Below are positions 1 to 12,810 of a DNA stretch of 64,000 nt, piece by piece. The notes below the pieces were generated by a model, which worked only from the letters and a program-made list of their open reading frames with translations, was not told where the DNA came from and searched no databases. The position numbers and the translations under genes are program-made. Source of the stretch: Rhina ancylostomus (Eukaryota); assembly GCA_030265395.1 (NCBI GenBank), contig JARFYF010000002.1, positions 34,232,868 to 34,296,867 on the forward strand. Direction: 5' to 3'. Positions within the stretch are counted from its first letter, which is position 1; each line of letters opens with the position of its first letter.

Positions 1-124
1 AAAGCCTCAGCCTTGCTTGCACCCTTGCTTTTATGTTCTCGTCTTGAAAATGCAATACTAACATTGCATTTGTGCTTCTTTACCTACCTGCCACTAACAG
101 CAATGTAACAATGATCAGATAAAA

Positions 125-460
125 TTATATATATATATATAGTGCTTTGCACCTCCTTTTCAGAGCATCCCAAAGCATTCCATTGTGAATTAAGTACTTT
201 TGAAGCATAGTTGCTGCTATACTGGGGGAAAGCACATTTGCAAGTTTGTCCACAGTAAGCTCCCACAAACACCATCGTGGAAGAGCTAGATAACCTATTT
301 CAGAAATGTTAATTGAGAGATAAATATTAGTTAGGCACCAGGAATGAATCCTCATCTTCAAAGCAGTGCCATTGGGCCTTTTTTATACCCTCTAAGTGAG
401 CAGATGAGGTCTCAGTTAAAGGCAGCACCTCTGGCAATGTAGCACTCTTTCAATACTGTC
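125..460 (-). mobile_element. Deu-domain SINE (SacSINE1/AmnSINE-like) fragment
   Basis: Matches the remembered elasmobranch DeuSINE reverse consensus (tatatagtgcttt...cccaaagc...aagtacttttgaag...cccacaaaca...gataaatatt...cagcacctctggcaatgtagcactc). Confidence 0.6.
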
Positions 461-544
461 AATCTTGATTTTTTTTTTCTGATCCACTCCTTGTAGAGGC
501 ATGATTTGCTTTTGTGATATTGGCCAGGGCAGTAAGGAAAACCT

Positions 545-855
545 AGAACAGGAGTAGACCATTTAGCTCTCAAGTGAGTCTGGTCATTCAGTAAGCTCAT
601 ATGAATTAACACCACATTTAAATCATATCCCTCATAGCTCTTGTTAACAAAATAAAACTAGTTTCTGATTTAAGATTTAATAATACACCTAGCATCAATG
701 GTTGTCAAACTTCTACCACCTGAGTCATATGGAAATGTCTCTAACCACTTCTGAAAGACATCACTCTAATACTCAGACCATGACTTCTCAGGCCTAGATT
801 CCCCAACACCTGAAATAGTTTCCCCCTATCCACCATGCTTTTCAAAGATATGCAA
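545..855 (-). mobile_element. Degraded CR1 LINE 3' fragment
   Basis: caggagtagaccatttagctctc... resembles a CR1 3' UTR end in reverse; heavily diverged. Confidence 0.45.
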
Positions 856-859
856 TGAA

Positions 860-1060
860 ATACTTTGCATCCATTTGAGAGACAGAAGGCCCTTTGGCTT
901 AACATCTCATGTTTAAAAAAAAGTGCATATCTGAGAATGCAGCATTCCCACAATACATCATGGATGTGTCAGCCAGAACTTTTGCACTTAAGTCTCAGGA
1001 GTGGACTTGAACCATAACCTTCTGGCTCAGAGTGGAACTCACTGGCCCATGGATGGCACT
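860..1060 (-). mobile_element. Deu-domain SINE 5' part (tRNA-like head)
   Basis: gtgtcagccaga...tgcacttaagtctcaggagtggacttgaaccataaccttctggctcagag is the reverse of a tRNA-derived head with B box GGTTCAAGTCC. Confidence 0.6.
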
Positions 1061-2724
1061 CATGTCATGGGCAGTTTCACATTACCCACCAACTACTTTG
1101 TAGTTGTAATGATTAATTGTGGTCTTGATTGTAAAGCATTGTGATACCTAATGTTAATTGCAGTAACAGTGCACTTAATTTAAAATAAATGTGGAAAGGT
1201 AGATAGCAAAAAGATACATTGAGATAGTTCCCTTTTGAATGGTTAATGTTGGCTTTTGATATCTGACACAATTGAAATAAGTTCAGCACAAAAGATCCAC
1301 AGGGGACAGTCATATTTTAATGTCAGTGCAAAGGAGCTTCACATGGTAATAACACGAAAATGGAATTGTAACCCTGCAATCAAGCATTATCCATACACCT
1401 CTAGTGTGCAGCCAGCTTTCAAAGGTTGTCATGGATCTTTGCATTTTCTAGCCTCACTACAATGTTTTTTTAATGGTACAGGCATCTTATCATTCCTTTT
1501 TACATTGTTAATTTTCCTGGCATTGGTATTGGAAGGACCAATACGAGTAATGTATGCTGTGCTGTAGAGGTTTACATCCATCCAAGTTTCCTGTCCCAAG
1601 CTAAACCTTGGCATTCTCTGCTGCCTTCCCCCTTGAATGCTGAATACCAGGAACTAAAGCCAACACGCACATCGTTGTGTTTTCTGTCAGCTATCCATTT
1701 AGCTACTGGAGTAATGACGGGTGTTTTAAGGTTTACTTTAAAAGTTTCAATTTAACCTTGCGGCTCTTCTTCAGCTTGTTATTCTTCCCTCCCACCCCCC
1801 ATTTCAAACTCTCCAGTCTCAGGAACTCCTGGTGCAAGTCTCAAAACCGACTTGATAGGCCCAGGAAAAAATAAAGCCATAAATGCTTCTTCTTATTGTA
1901 ATTTTTGGCCACTTTCTGCTTCCCACCAGGTTTCTGAGAAAATCTCCAGCCTCACAAACCGCAAAGAAATGACTCTTTGGGTTTTCTAGTCTTTGTGTTT
2001 CTGATCTTCACATCAGCAAATGGTGTTCATCAGAGATTGTTGGAAAACTGACACATTAACTTTTACCAGAACATTGTGAATGTATGCATGTACTGTGTGT
2101 TTGCCTGAACGGGAAAGCTGATATTTGTAGCTGAAGACACACCACGGATAGGCTGTATATTGCACTTAAAAAATCAAAGCCACTCCTGCAAAGTGCCTTC
2201 AGCCTAAGAATGCTTGGAGATATGATTAGATGCACCATTTATCAGAGCAGGTGGCTGTGGTGAAAACAAAAAATTGGAGATCAATAAAGTTATAGAAGCC
2301 AAATGCTGTTCATTTCTAATTTTCTATTGCAATGAATAAAGACTGGAATTTCAGCTCCAGGTCGCTTCAATACAGAATTAACACAAATAGGACATTTAAT
2401 GTGCATGCGCAGACTCATCTCATCTGCTCCAAGTCTTCGTTTTGCTTTGCTGCCACGTCTGATTGGTTTACTTGGCAGTTCCCAAACACAATCTGAACAA
2501 TCCCAGTCGCAAAGCGTATTGGTGCCTGACCACGACTTCTGACGTGTTGCACGTACCTTAAACCAATTCAAAGCTTTGCCTAGGAGAAAAGCCTCAGTTA
2601 TTTCATGTCCTGGAGAACCCCCCAGAGAAGGGTCTGCAGCACTGGAAGGCAGCTAGTACTCTTTGAAAGGGGCTTGTGTGAATACTTTATCCATAGGACA
2701 ACATCTCCAGCGATTTTGTTCTCG

Positions 2725-2803
2725 TTATTTTGTATTACCGTTGAAATTCTAGAATTGCCCCCGTATGGAGCAATTCTAGAATCTCAACGGTAATACAAAA
2801 TAA
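2725..2803. repeat. Near-perfect inverted repeat (34-bp arms, 1 mismatch, 11-nt spacer)
   Basis: TTATTTTGTATTACCGTTGAAATTCTAGAATTGC (2725-2758) pairs with GCAATTCTAGAATCTCAACGGTAATACAAAATAA (2770-2803). Confidence 0.97.
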
Positions 2804-2944
2804 GTTTTGCTTCGCAATGGTACTAAATGTAAAGCGCTCATCGACAGTTAGGGCCGAAACCAACACAGAAGGAGGGTGGTATAACAGAGATATAACACAG
2901 CAGAACGTCACTTCGGGGCAAAATGGTTTACTAGGTGAAAAAAA

Positions 2945-3030
2945 AATCAGCTGCTGGAAATCTGAAATAAAGCCAGGGAATACTCTAAACACTCAACAGG
3001 TCAAACAGCAACCGTGGAAGCAGAAACCCT
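2945..3030 (-). mobile_element. Penelope-like terminal repeat remnant
   Basis: ctgctggaaatctgaaataaa...cactcaacaggtcaaacagca is the reverse of the recurring tgctgcctgacctgctgag...tttcagatt motif. Confidence 0.5.
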
Positions 3031-3401
3031 CTTTAAAATGTGCCGAGACCAAGGCAGTTGGACAACCCAGCCACACTATCGATGTGTGCAGCTGTGCTCT
3101 TGTGGCCAGGATGTTGGGTATGTGGTACAAGATTGTGGGCCCTTCAACTTTGGCCGTGCACTTTTACCAAAGTCCTTGGCATTTCCACCATCAGTGATCG
3201 CTGCCAGATAAACATTGCCGTTAACAAGTGAACTCTGACCTTTCACTCAAAGTAACGTGGTCATTAACAGTGCAGCTCAGGACAGAGGCAAAACAGGGCT
3301 TTTCAAACCATCTCACAGCATAAAATGCAATCTGTATTGATGTGTTCACGCAGTGTGCTGGGTTAATACTTTATGCCAAGTTCAACAATATTTGGAGCAC
3401 T

Positions 3402-3633
3402 GAATCAGAATCAGATTTATTATCTCTGACATATGTTATGAAATTTGTTGTTTTGTGGCAGCAGTACAGAGCAAAATGTAAAGACATAAAAATCACGATA
3501 AGTCACAAAAATAAATAAACAATGAAAAAATCGGATAGCGAGGCAGTGTTCATGGGTTCATGGATCATTCAGAAATCTGATGGCGGAGGGGAAGAAGCTG
3601 TTCCTGAAACATTGAGTGTGGGTCTTCAGGCTC
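3402..3633 (-). mobile_element. Rex1/Babar-type LINE 3' end (truncated by gap)
   Basis: (TCAGAA)n tail followed by sequence closely similar to 44004-44240. Confidence 0.75.
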
Positions 3634-5591
3634 NNNNNNNNNNNNNNNNNNNNNNNNNNNNNNNNNNNNNNNNNNNNNNNNNNNNNNNNNNNNNNNNNNN
3701 NNNNNNNNNNNNNNNNNNNNNNNNNNNNNNNNNGTTTCCACTTTAGGGTTTTACTTCAGGAATCGTTTAGATCCCTGGAAATGTAATCCCAGCTAAGATT
3801 AATTTAAATGTTAGACTTTATAGAATCTCATAGCTGGGGAATCAGACAGGCCCTGCGAGCGGATTATTAATCTATTTTCATTGTATCCCGGCAAAGCAAG
3901 ATCACTCAACACTAACAATATGCATGTGGTACCTGATGAGGAACATCAATCATTTCAAAAGTACGATAGGTGGAAGTCGGCAGCCCTTCAGATGAGAAAT
4001 GTGGCTCGATTCACTAGTCAGATCATTAGCGCATCGCCTTAACATTTTTCATACCTGCAGCAAATATATGTTGAACACCACCAGTGGAATTCCTGCAACA
4101 CTGCCTAAAGCTTCACGGGAAAAAGAGAGAAAACTGTCCCTTTGCCCTAAAGCCTGATTCATCTGGATTCTGCTGGTAGGATCCAGCACAAAAAAAATAC
4201 TGGCCATTTAACTGAGCGGCCTGGCAGTTGTTGTCCAGGTTAAAGAGAAAAGGCCCTTTTTCGTGCGAAATTTTTTTGGGGAAAAAAAGGGCCCGCTTTT
4301 ATAGCAGAAATCCGATCAATGTCAGAATGTCACATTGAACAGAGATACCTCACAATAGTCAGACTTCTGCCTCCAGCTGCAATAGAAACGATTTTTTTTA
4401 CTCTGCTTAGAGGAGACAATAAGACTTATCATGATGTTATCGTCCATATAGCATTAATTCTATTCCATTTGGAGAAATCTAAAGTGGTTCTAGCGCAGTT
4501 TCAGCTTATTCGCAGAGAACTGAAATATTAGCAAGTTTGGAGTCGTTTTTTTTAGGCAAGTATAACCCTCCTGTTTCCTCGCAGTAACAGGAATATATTG
4601 CAAATATTCCACGGTATGCGGTCTCTGAACAGTACCTGTCCCTTACATAAACATCACAACATTGTTTTCTTTGTTAACGTGTACCTTTATCTCAAATGAT
4701 AGTTTCAACATTGACGCAATTTGGCCTTCCAGCGTGAACGAATGGCTAAACAGACACTAGCTATTGTAGTTAAAACTGCTTGTGTCGACAGATTGACATT
4801 GAGTTTCAATTGTAAACGGGTTCCATTTTTCTTTCAATCCAGAGTGTACATAGTCTTAAAAATTAGTATAGGCGGAAATATAGCACCGGGAAAAGCGGCA
4901 CCAGTTATCGAATGTGGAACGGCAAGACAATTTGTAATTTGCAATCGGTCCTTGATCCTGCGTTTTTAAATGGGTTACAATTAATAAATTTACTCCTTAA
5001 ATTAACGAGGGTTGCCTAAGTAACTGGAGTTTTATCGCTTTTAAATACTTTGCTGTCCAGTTATGGTATTTGAAATAATACCGAATCCAGCCGCGAAGTA
5101 ATTTAAGAAAAAAAGGGGATTGTTTAATAAATGAAAATGTGCCTCAACTGAATGATTCGCATATGGAAGAACATTTCCCTTCCCAATCAAACTTATTGAT
5201 TGTATTATTTTAATGAAAAGAAACATATGGTTCATTTCTTGGAAACAAGTCAAACAATCCCAAGTTTTGAATTTCCCTGCTTGTTTAACCTTGGCAGTTA
5301 TGGAAGAGTGGTACAAGTAAGTAGGAACGGGTTACACTGCCAATTCTTCGCCACCTGGCGCTCAGCTACTACAGCTGAGTGCGTTGCTAACCTTCATATA
5401 TAAACTTGGAAAAGAACCATGCAGTTTGATGATACGCCATCACATTTCAATCCCCAAAGTATTGACAAAATGCTTACCATTAACTTAATTACAAATATTT
5501 TTGAATTCAGCGATGTATTTAACTTTAAACATTGAAAAGATGGCTTCATGGTGGGTGCAGTGCGCAATGACCGCATCAGTTGTAAAGTTTT

Positions 5592-5651
5592 AGTAGCGCT
5601 CCCCTTTCTCCTCAAAGTGAGAGTAGCGCTCCCCTTTCTCCTCAAACTGAG
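5592..5651. repeat. Tandem duplication, 2 x 30 bp
   Basis: AGTAGCGCTCCCCTTTCTCCTCAAA(G/C)TGAG occurs twice with one mismatch. Confidence 0.95.
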
Positions 5652-7129
5652 CTCATATTAATAAGCAAAAAAAAACCCTGAATCTAAAACTTTGTGACCA
5701 ACCAAATTTAAACATGGATGTCCAGGTGAAAGGAAGGTTTTGTAACCCAAAATATACTGGGACGCTTTCTAATCAATTCTATATTATTTGTTTTGTTTAA
5801 TGTTGATTTTAACTGAATAATAGTGAACTATTTAAGAAAACCCAGAGTATGGATGATATTTGTTGATGCTGAAATCTCAAATGCAACTCAATGTGAGTTG
5901 CATATTAAGCAGTTAAGTAAAAATGACCTAGTGTTTTCTGCAAAATATTTAGTGTTTACTTAAAATTGCATGAAGATTTGCCTATCAAACTATTGGAAAT
6001 TGCAGCTCTTTTTTAACCTGAAGGTACACAGTCCACAGCCATCTTTGCTATTTCAATGTCTAAGAATCTGTTGTTTACACAGCAGGATCCTTGCATTCCC
6101 ATATTTATATAATAAAAAATATTCACGGGTAGCAATAGATCATGGTTTTAATTGGACTTTGGGTGCTTGCTAGAAATTTCAGCTGGTACACATTCCCACA
6201 CCACAGTCAAGCAGATTACACAGGATGACAACTCCCTTCTGACAATTTTCTAATTAATGTTCCTGTCAATTAGCATTTTGAATGTTTATAAGGCTATCAG
6301 AAGAAGTGTTTCAGAAAAATGTCCCCAGTTTAAATATTTTATTTTATTGGACCCTACTTGGAGCTTTGGATTGGAACACTTTCTTAACCTCACACTTGAA
6401 AAAAAGAACAAAATGCTGCAATTGCTGGAAATATTCAGGTGGGCAGGCATCACCACTTAGTGGGGAATGTGAATGGACATGCATTTCTCTATTGTTCTGA
6501 ATCCATTACAGACCATTGAAATTTTTTTTAGTTGCAGGGAACAAGTTAGCTATCAGTTGAATCCTGAAGAATTATGGACTACTAGAGACCTATTTTGTTG
6601 CTGTAGGAAGACAAAAGATTTCCACAGGATATTTCCTGTGCTGGCTACAGGAATGCTTCTTTTTTTGCCTCTCTCAGGTAATTTCCTGGTTGCCCAATGG
6701 TTTAGTTAATATTGTACGTGGTTTTACAATCTCTAGAAGAGTGAAGTGTTGGGTCTAATAGACTTTTCTACTTTTTCTTTGTGTTTGCATGCTCTCTCAT
6801 GGCTACCTCAGTGTTTTAAGATGAATACTACCCTGTTATTTTAAATGCCCTTCCTCTCTGCCCCTCCTTTTTTGAAATGGATCAGAAAAGATTACATTTC
6901 CTATGCAATTGTTGGTATGTGAATATCGAACTAACATTTTTACATTGCTGACTTTTGTCAGGCTGTGTTACTCTTCCCATGTATTACTTTTGGGTTAATT
7001 TCCTACCAAGTGGATCTGCATCTCTTTCCATAGAATACAAGCTACACTTGTTATTCCCCATCAAAGTTATTTTTTTTCTTTTGAATGATATTGGGTGTGC
7101 ACTGTGGTTGAGATCATGAAACCCAAATA

Positions 7130-7745
7130 AAATCACAAGATCACAAGACAAGGGAGCAGAAGTAGGCCATTCAGCACATCGAGTCTGCTCCATGAGCTAA
7201 AGAAAAAGAAAAAAAATTCCTTTCTAGCCCCAATTTCTGGCCTTTTCCCCATATCCCTTGATACCTTGACTAATTAGATACTTATCTATCTCCTCCTTAT
7301 ATTCCTCCAATGGTCGGGCCTCCACTGCTGTACGTGGCAAAGAATTCCATAAATTCACTACCCTCTGGCTAAAGAAATTTCTCCTCATCTCTGTCTTAAA
7401 CTGGTACCCTCTAATTCTAAGATTGTGCCCTTTGGTCCTGGACTCACTCACCAAGGGAAACAGCTTAGCTACATCTACTCAGTCCAGTCCTTTCAACATT
7501 CTAAATGTTTCTATGAGGTCCCCTCTCATTCTTCTGTACTCCAGTGANNNNNNNNNNNNNNNNNNNNNNNNNNNNNNNNNNNNNNNNNNNNNNNNNNNNN
7601 NNNNNNNNNNNNNNNNNNNNNNNNNNNNNNNNNNNNNNNNNNNNNNNTGGGTTCTCTGTGAGCTTGCTCTTTGCTCAACATTGTGACATCCACAGCTTCT
7701 CCCTTATCCACTCTTCCTGAGATTTCCTCAAAAAACTCCAATAGG
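7130..7745 (-). mobile_element. CR1 LINE fragments (ORF2 C-terminus and RT piece across a gap)
   Basis: Translations ESRTKGHNLRIRGYQFKTEMRRNFFSQRVVNLWNSLP and LLEFFEEISGRVDKGEAVDV are characteristic of CR1 ORF2; (CACAAGA) tail. Confidence 0.9.
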
Positions 7746-7902
7746 GTGTAAATTTTGTCTATTACATTAGCTCTGTGGATCCTCTGAAAGTAGTGTAATG
7801 TTTTCATTGGCTCTTTTACTTGTTGGAGGCTGACTCAATTAAACTCCAATTCTGCTTTTTTTTTAACAAAATTGCCAAATCTCTAACCTGTTTCTGTGTG
7901 AA

Positions 7903-8050
7903 ACATAGAACATAGAATAGAACAGCACAGGTTCTTTGGCCCACAATGTTTGCACCAACTATGATGTCATCTGCCTACACATGGTCCGTGTCCCTCCATT
8001 CTCTGCCTGTTCATGTGCCTGTCAAAATACCTCTTAAACATTGCTATTGA
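7903..8050 (-). mobile_element. CR1 3' tail fragment
   Basis: aacatagaacatagaatagaacagcacagg...ggcccacaatg is a CR1-type microsatellite tail. Confidence 0.6.
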
Positions 8051-8274
8051 ATTATAGGGTTCAAAGCTGCAGTAATTGATTGCAGAAGATGTCTTGATTT
8101 TTATCATGGTATCCTGCATATTTTTTCAGAATCAAAAACTTGGATTTACATGGTAACTTTGATGTATAAAAATGTATCATGGTACCTCACAGAAGCTTTA
8201 TCAGACAGAATTTGTCAAGCAATTACAAAAGGGTGTATTGCAGCATGTAAATCAAAAACTTGGCTTTAAGCTGT

Positions 8275-8440
8275 AATAAGAATAGAAAATGTTGGAAGCA
8301 CTCAATGCATCAGTCAGCATCTGTGAAAAGAGAAACAGTTGAAGTTTGAGGTCCGGGACCCTTCATCATATTCTGCCTGACCTGTTGAGTGTTTCTAGCA
8401 CTTTCTGTTTTATTTCAGATTTACAGCATCTGCAGTGTTA
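8275..8440. mobile_element. Penelope-like termini in inverted arrangement
   Basis: tgttggaagcactcaa...cagtcagcatc followed by tgcctgacctgttgagtgtttctagca; a degenerate hammerhead-like core lies on the minus strand at about 8335-8370. Confidence 0.6.
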
Positions 8441-8714
8441 TTTTTCTATTTTTCAGGTTTTAAACTGCATCTTAAATAAGGAAAGAAAGATGAAGAACCA
8501 GAGAGGTTTAGGATAGAATTTCCAGAGCTTAGGTCCTAGGCAGCTGAAAGAGGTTTCAAAAGAGGTGGAACAGTTAAATCTGGAGGTGATCAAGAAGCCA
8601 TAATTGGACAATCACAGTTATCTTGATAGTTTGGGGGGAGTGGGGAGGTGGTTGGATGTTTTTACTGCAGTATATGGCCATGAAAAAATTTGAAATTAAG
8701 GATGAAAAATTCAT

Positions 8715-9550
8715 CATAGAATGGTGACAGCACGGCAGAAAATCATTCAGCGCATCACATCCATGCCAACTCTCTAACAGAACAACTCATTAGTTCCACA
8801 CCCCCACACCACCGGCACCTTCTCCAACAGCCCTGCAATTTTTTTCTCCACCAAATATTCATCTAATTCTCTCCTGAAGGACACAACAGAACCCGTCCCC
8901 ACCACAACTGCAGGCTGTGCATTCCAGATTCATCCACGCTCTGCTAAAAATCTGTTTTCCCTCATGTCACTCTCAGTTCCTTTCCCATTTAGTTTATACC
9001 TATGATCTCTAGTCCCCAATTTATCCACCTTCCAATACCAATTCTGTCCAGACCCCTCATCACTTTATAAATGGCTATTGAATCTCCCCCTAGTTTCTCT
9101 TCTCCAGAGAAAACAGTCCCAGCTTCCTTAATCTGTTTTTGTAACAGCAGTGCCTCATCCCAGGAACCATTCTCGTAAACCTTGTCAGGACCCTCTCTAA
9201 TTCTTTCACATTCCCCCTTATTGTGGCAAGCAGAACCAAACACAATACCCCATTTGAGGCTGGACCACTGTTATGTAAAGGTTCAGCATTATTTCCCTGC
9301 TCTTACACTCTATAATTCCATTGACAAAGCCCATACGTGTGTGCATAAGTGTGTATCCATTTCCTCAACATGACCTGCCATTTTCAATCATTGTGAACCC
9401 ATACTCCCAGCACCCCATGCCCCTGCACCCCTTTTAAAATAGCATCCTTTATCCTATATTGAATCTCATTCTTCACCTCACATTTCTTTGCACCTGGCTG
9501 GTGTCTGCACATTCCTCCAACCTGCAACCTATTACTATTATCTTCACAGT
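8715..9550 (-). mobile_element. Degraded CR1 LINE
   Basis: Minus-strand translation ...FSGEEKLGGDSIAIYKVMRGLDRI resembles CR1 ORF2 (LFSLE.RRLRGDLIEVYKIMRGLDRV). Confidence 0.8.
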
Positions 9551-9659
9551 TTAAAAGTGACGTGTTACCTAACCAACGTAAGTCTGCAAGTGCAGGATGA
9601 CAAATAAAAAGGACTGAATTAGTTTAAAGGGCACCTACTGGCCTCTGACTTCACACTTT

Positions 9660-10010
9660 ACTCTACTCCACCTGGCTCCCTTTTGCTTGTCAACCCTCAC
9701 CCCTCCTTGGTCCACCTAGCAGAGGTCCACTGGCCTCTGTCTCACCCTCCCCCCCCCCACCAAATATTGGCTGTTTACTGTCTCCGCTCTCAGTCCTGAA
9801 GCAAGGCCTCCATGTGAAATGTTGGCTATTCCTTNNNNNNNNNNNNNNNNNNNNNNNNNNNNNNNNNNNNNNNNNNNNNNNNNNNNNNNNNNNNNNNNNN
9901 NNNNNNNNNNNNNNNNNNNNNNNNNNNNNNNNNNGAAATGTTGGCTATTCCGTTCCCCCCACCGATGCTGCTCAGCCCTTTTGAGTTCCTTCAGCATTTT
10001 GTTTTTTGTT
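9660..10010 (+). mobile_element. Penelope-like terminal repeat (gap inside)
   Basis: Same layout as 29900-30110: cacct...ccccacc...cagtcctgaag...gaaatgttggct...gatgctgct...gagttccttcagcatttt. Confidence 0.65.
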
Positions 10011-10184
10011 CAAGTTTATTGGAATTTTCAAGGCAAGAGAGGATGGCTTGAATGAGGATAACATCAACCGATGATTGAAGCAGGAGCTAGCTGAACCAGG
10101 CAATGTTGCAATATACAAATCATCCATATGAATATTTGGTTCTAAGCTCACCAACATCTCATGCAATCTGGCTCAGTTTTGTGA

Positions 10185-10360
10185 AATATTTAAAGCGGAA
10201 ATTGATAGGTTCTTGATTAGTAGAGACGTCAAAGTTTATAGGGAGAAGGCAGGAGAAGGGGGTCGAGAGGGAAAAGTAAATCAGTTATGATCAAATGGCG
10301 AAGCAGATCAATGGGCTGAATGGCCTAATTCTGCTTTTATGTCTCATGTTCTTATGGTGT
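10185..10360 (+). mobile_element. CR1 3' end
   Basis: tttaaagcggaaattgataggttcttgattagt...gggctgaatggcctaattctgct...tcttatgg. Confidence 0.8.
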
Positions 10361-11100
10361 AAAATGTTAAGAAGAGGGTGAAAGTTGATAGCTGGATAAT
10401 GGAGCTTGTGATGATGTGGTCAACAATGTCAAAGGTTGCTGAGAGATTGAGGACAAGGAGGAAGATAATACCTTTTTTACAATCATGTGGGCTTTTCAGA
10501 GCTACTTTGGTATGGTGACAAGAGCCGAAAGCTAATGGAATAGATTCAAATAAGGAGTTCTGGGAAAGATTGGAGTCAATGTGTAAAACTAACACAGACT
10601 CAGAAAATTTGCAGAGGAAATGAAAGCTGAGGTGGCAGTACTTTGCAATGACATAAGAGCCAATGGTTGTTTATTTTTGAGCAGTACAATATGAAGAAAG
10701 GCACAGTTCCTGAAGACGTAGATGCAAACATTATCAGGTAGCATGAGGGCCCAAAAGGAAAGCTGGGTGATCGGGAACTTTGTGTAGATAGTGTCAAGGG
10801 CACAGGAAGGGAGGGTCCTTAGACAAGCTGAACCTTAGATTGTCATAAGGGGAGATGGTAGAGAATGAGAGAAAGATGTGTGTTCAAGTGTAGGGCTGGG
10901 GGAGCCTTAAAGGTTGGGTGCAGTAATACAGGAGGGGAGCACCAGAGGCAGATAATACAGAGGCAGTATTATATAATAATAGAGGCAGTATACCATATGA
11001 TCTCAGTTTTAATGAGAAAGGCATTCATGACTCCTCCTATTATTCTGGAGATGAAGGTAGAACTGTGGGGGAGATGGACATGAAATGTTTGATGAACAAG
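10360..11100 (-). mobile_element. Degraded L2-type LINE RT fragment
   Basis: Translation LLVLNLSATFDIVDH resembles the L2 RT motif LLDLSAAFDTVDH. Related L2-like 3' pieces occur near 8140-8270 and 8455-8710. Confidence 0.7.
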
Positions 11101-11539
11101 GAGTTATATGAGCTGCAATTGACATACTATCACTACGAGTTTTGTGAAAGAAATAATTGAAGATGTTCTACCTGCTTCACACCAGATTGAGCAAATTCCT
11201 GGCAGTTCAGTGTTTCAGAACATTCCACAGAATTGACTCACACCTGAATGCCTTCCTGACTTGGTCTGAATCCAGTCATATTAGGCAAGGTACTACAGAG
11301 AGATCAAGTCCATGAGTTACCTATATCACACCCAACCAACTGCATTTTGTCTCCTTTTCTGCATGATCCCAATGGTTTACATAATGGGATGTTTTTAATT
11401 GACCTGTTTGCTGTTGCATTCTAGTTCTCTGAAGGCAGCTGATTATTCTACCTTGTTTGGTGTGAAATGAATTATTATAGGAGATGGCTCAATTAGGGAG
11501 AATAATATATTTTCATATACTGCAGGCTAAACTTGTTTG

Positions 11540-11870
11540 TAAAAATAGGAAACACTGGAAATCCTCTATAGGTCAGGCAGCAGCTGTTGAGTGAAACTGT
11601 ACCCTCTTTCTGCACTTGCTGAATTGCCTGCTGAATATTTCCACCACTGTTTGTTTCTAATTTCAGATTTAATCCGTATCATGTTCCTTCTGTAAGTTTT
11701 TTTTGTGTAGTTTTCTATTGGATTAATTATGCGTCAAGAAAGAATGGGCTGCATTAAGTCCCATTTGTCACAGTTTGTCTTTGGGTGTATACCAGGCCCT
11801 GGAATGAAGGCATTGCCTTTTACCACAGCTGCTTGCTGACCTGCTGAGCATTTCCTGCATTTTCTATTTT
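11540..11870. mobile_element. Penelope-like terminal remnants
   Basis: ctggaaat...ggtcaggcagc in inverted arrangement with gcctgctgaatatttcca...tttcagatt; a further copy gctgcttgctgacctgctgagcatttcctgcatttt at about 11825-11870. Confidence 0.5.
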
Positions 11871-12479
11871 GGAAGACTTTGCATTTTCTTTCCCTTTCCC
11901 ATTTTATAGGGTGGATGGGAAAATTACTTCAGGTGCTGCTTTGCTTGTTTTTGTTTTTTCTCTCTTTACCCCTTCCGTCAACTCTAAATATTATACTTTA
12001 CTCATAAATTTCTGATTTTCATTCTTCCACAGATTATAGTATTTATTTACTTTTCCAAATACTCGGTCCCTCTTGTTAGACCTCTATGATCCCGAAGATT
12101 AGGTCTAAGATCTTTCCAAACATACTTTCCCTGCTTTATTGGAGGGTTTCTACGGCAACCTGTCAGGATCAAATCTGAATAACAAGGGTATTTTCAGCTC
12201 TCCGGTTACATTTTCATCAACATGGTCTTGCATCAACCTTCCACATCACTGCTGAAATCTTTAATATTAACTCTGATGTTTGATAGGTACCAGATACAAT
12301 TAAGCAGTTAAATTAAAATAAAACATATTCTCAAATTGTGCAGATTGAGGATCAGGGTGACATTTAATCTCTTGTTACTATTTGACAACTAAAGGTCCAT
12401 TCTCGAGCCTTAATATGATGACGAACTGGTGCACTGCTGTAGCGGGAACTTTAATCATTGATTATGGATGTATGTAGAT

Positions 12480-12810
12480 CTATTTTTAAGACATTATGGT
12501 GTGCCTGAGGAAGGAACTTAGAGATGATGGAGATAATGCATCAGTTGTTCTTGTATTGCAAAGATTGTGTTTGGGAGGTGCTACCAAAGAAGTCATAGCA
12601 AGTTGCTACAGTGCATCCTGCAGGATTGGCATTCTGGTGGTGAATGATTAGGTTAATGCATGCTGATTAAATGAACATTTTCCTGAATGATTGAGGCTCC
12701 TTGAGTAGTCTGCAGCTGCATCTGTTTAGGTTAATTGAGAATATTCCATCACACTCCTTTCTTGTGCCTCGTAGGTGGTGGAGAAGCTTTGTGGAGTTAA
12801 GAATGATTAC
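12480..12810 (-). mobile_element. Degraded LINE fragment, same family as 31365-32640
   Basis: Shares motifs such as ttgctacagtgcatc...attccatcacactc...ttgtgcctcgtaggtggtgga. Confidence 0.55.

Noticed and set aside
9815-9952. Short direct repeats flanking 100-N gaps (also about 36829/36940, 58069/58183, 60532/60647)
   Set aside because: Identical or near-identical overlaps on both sides of placeholder gaps are typical scaffolding artefacts.
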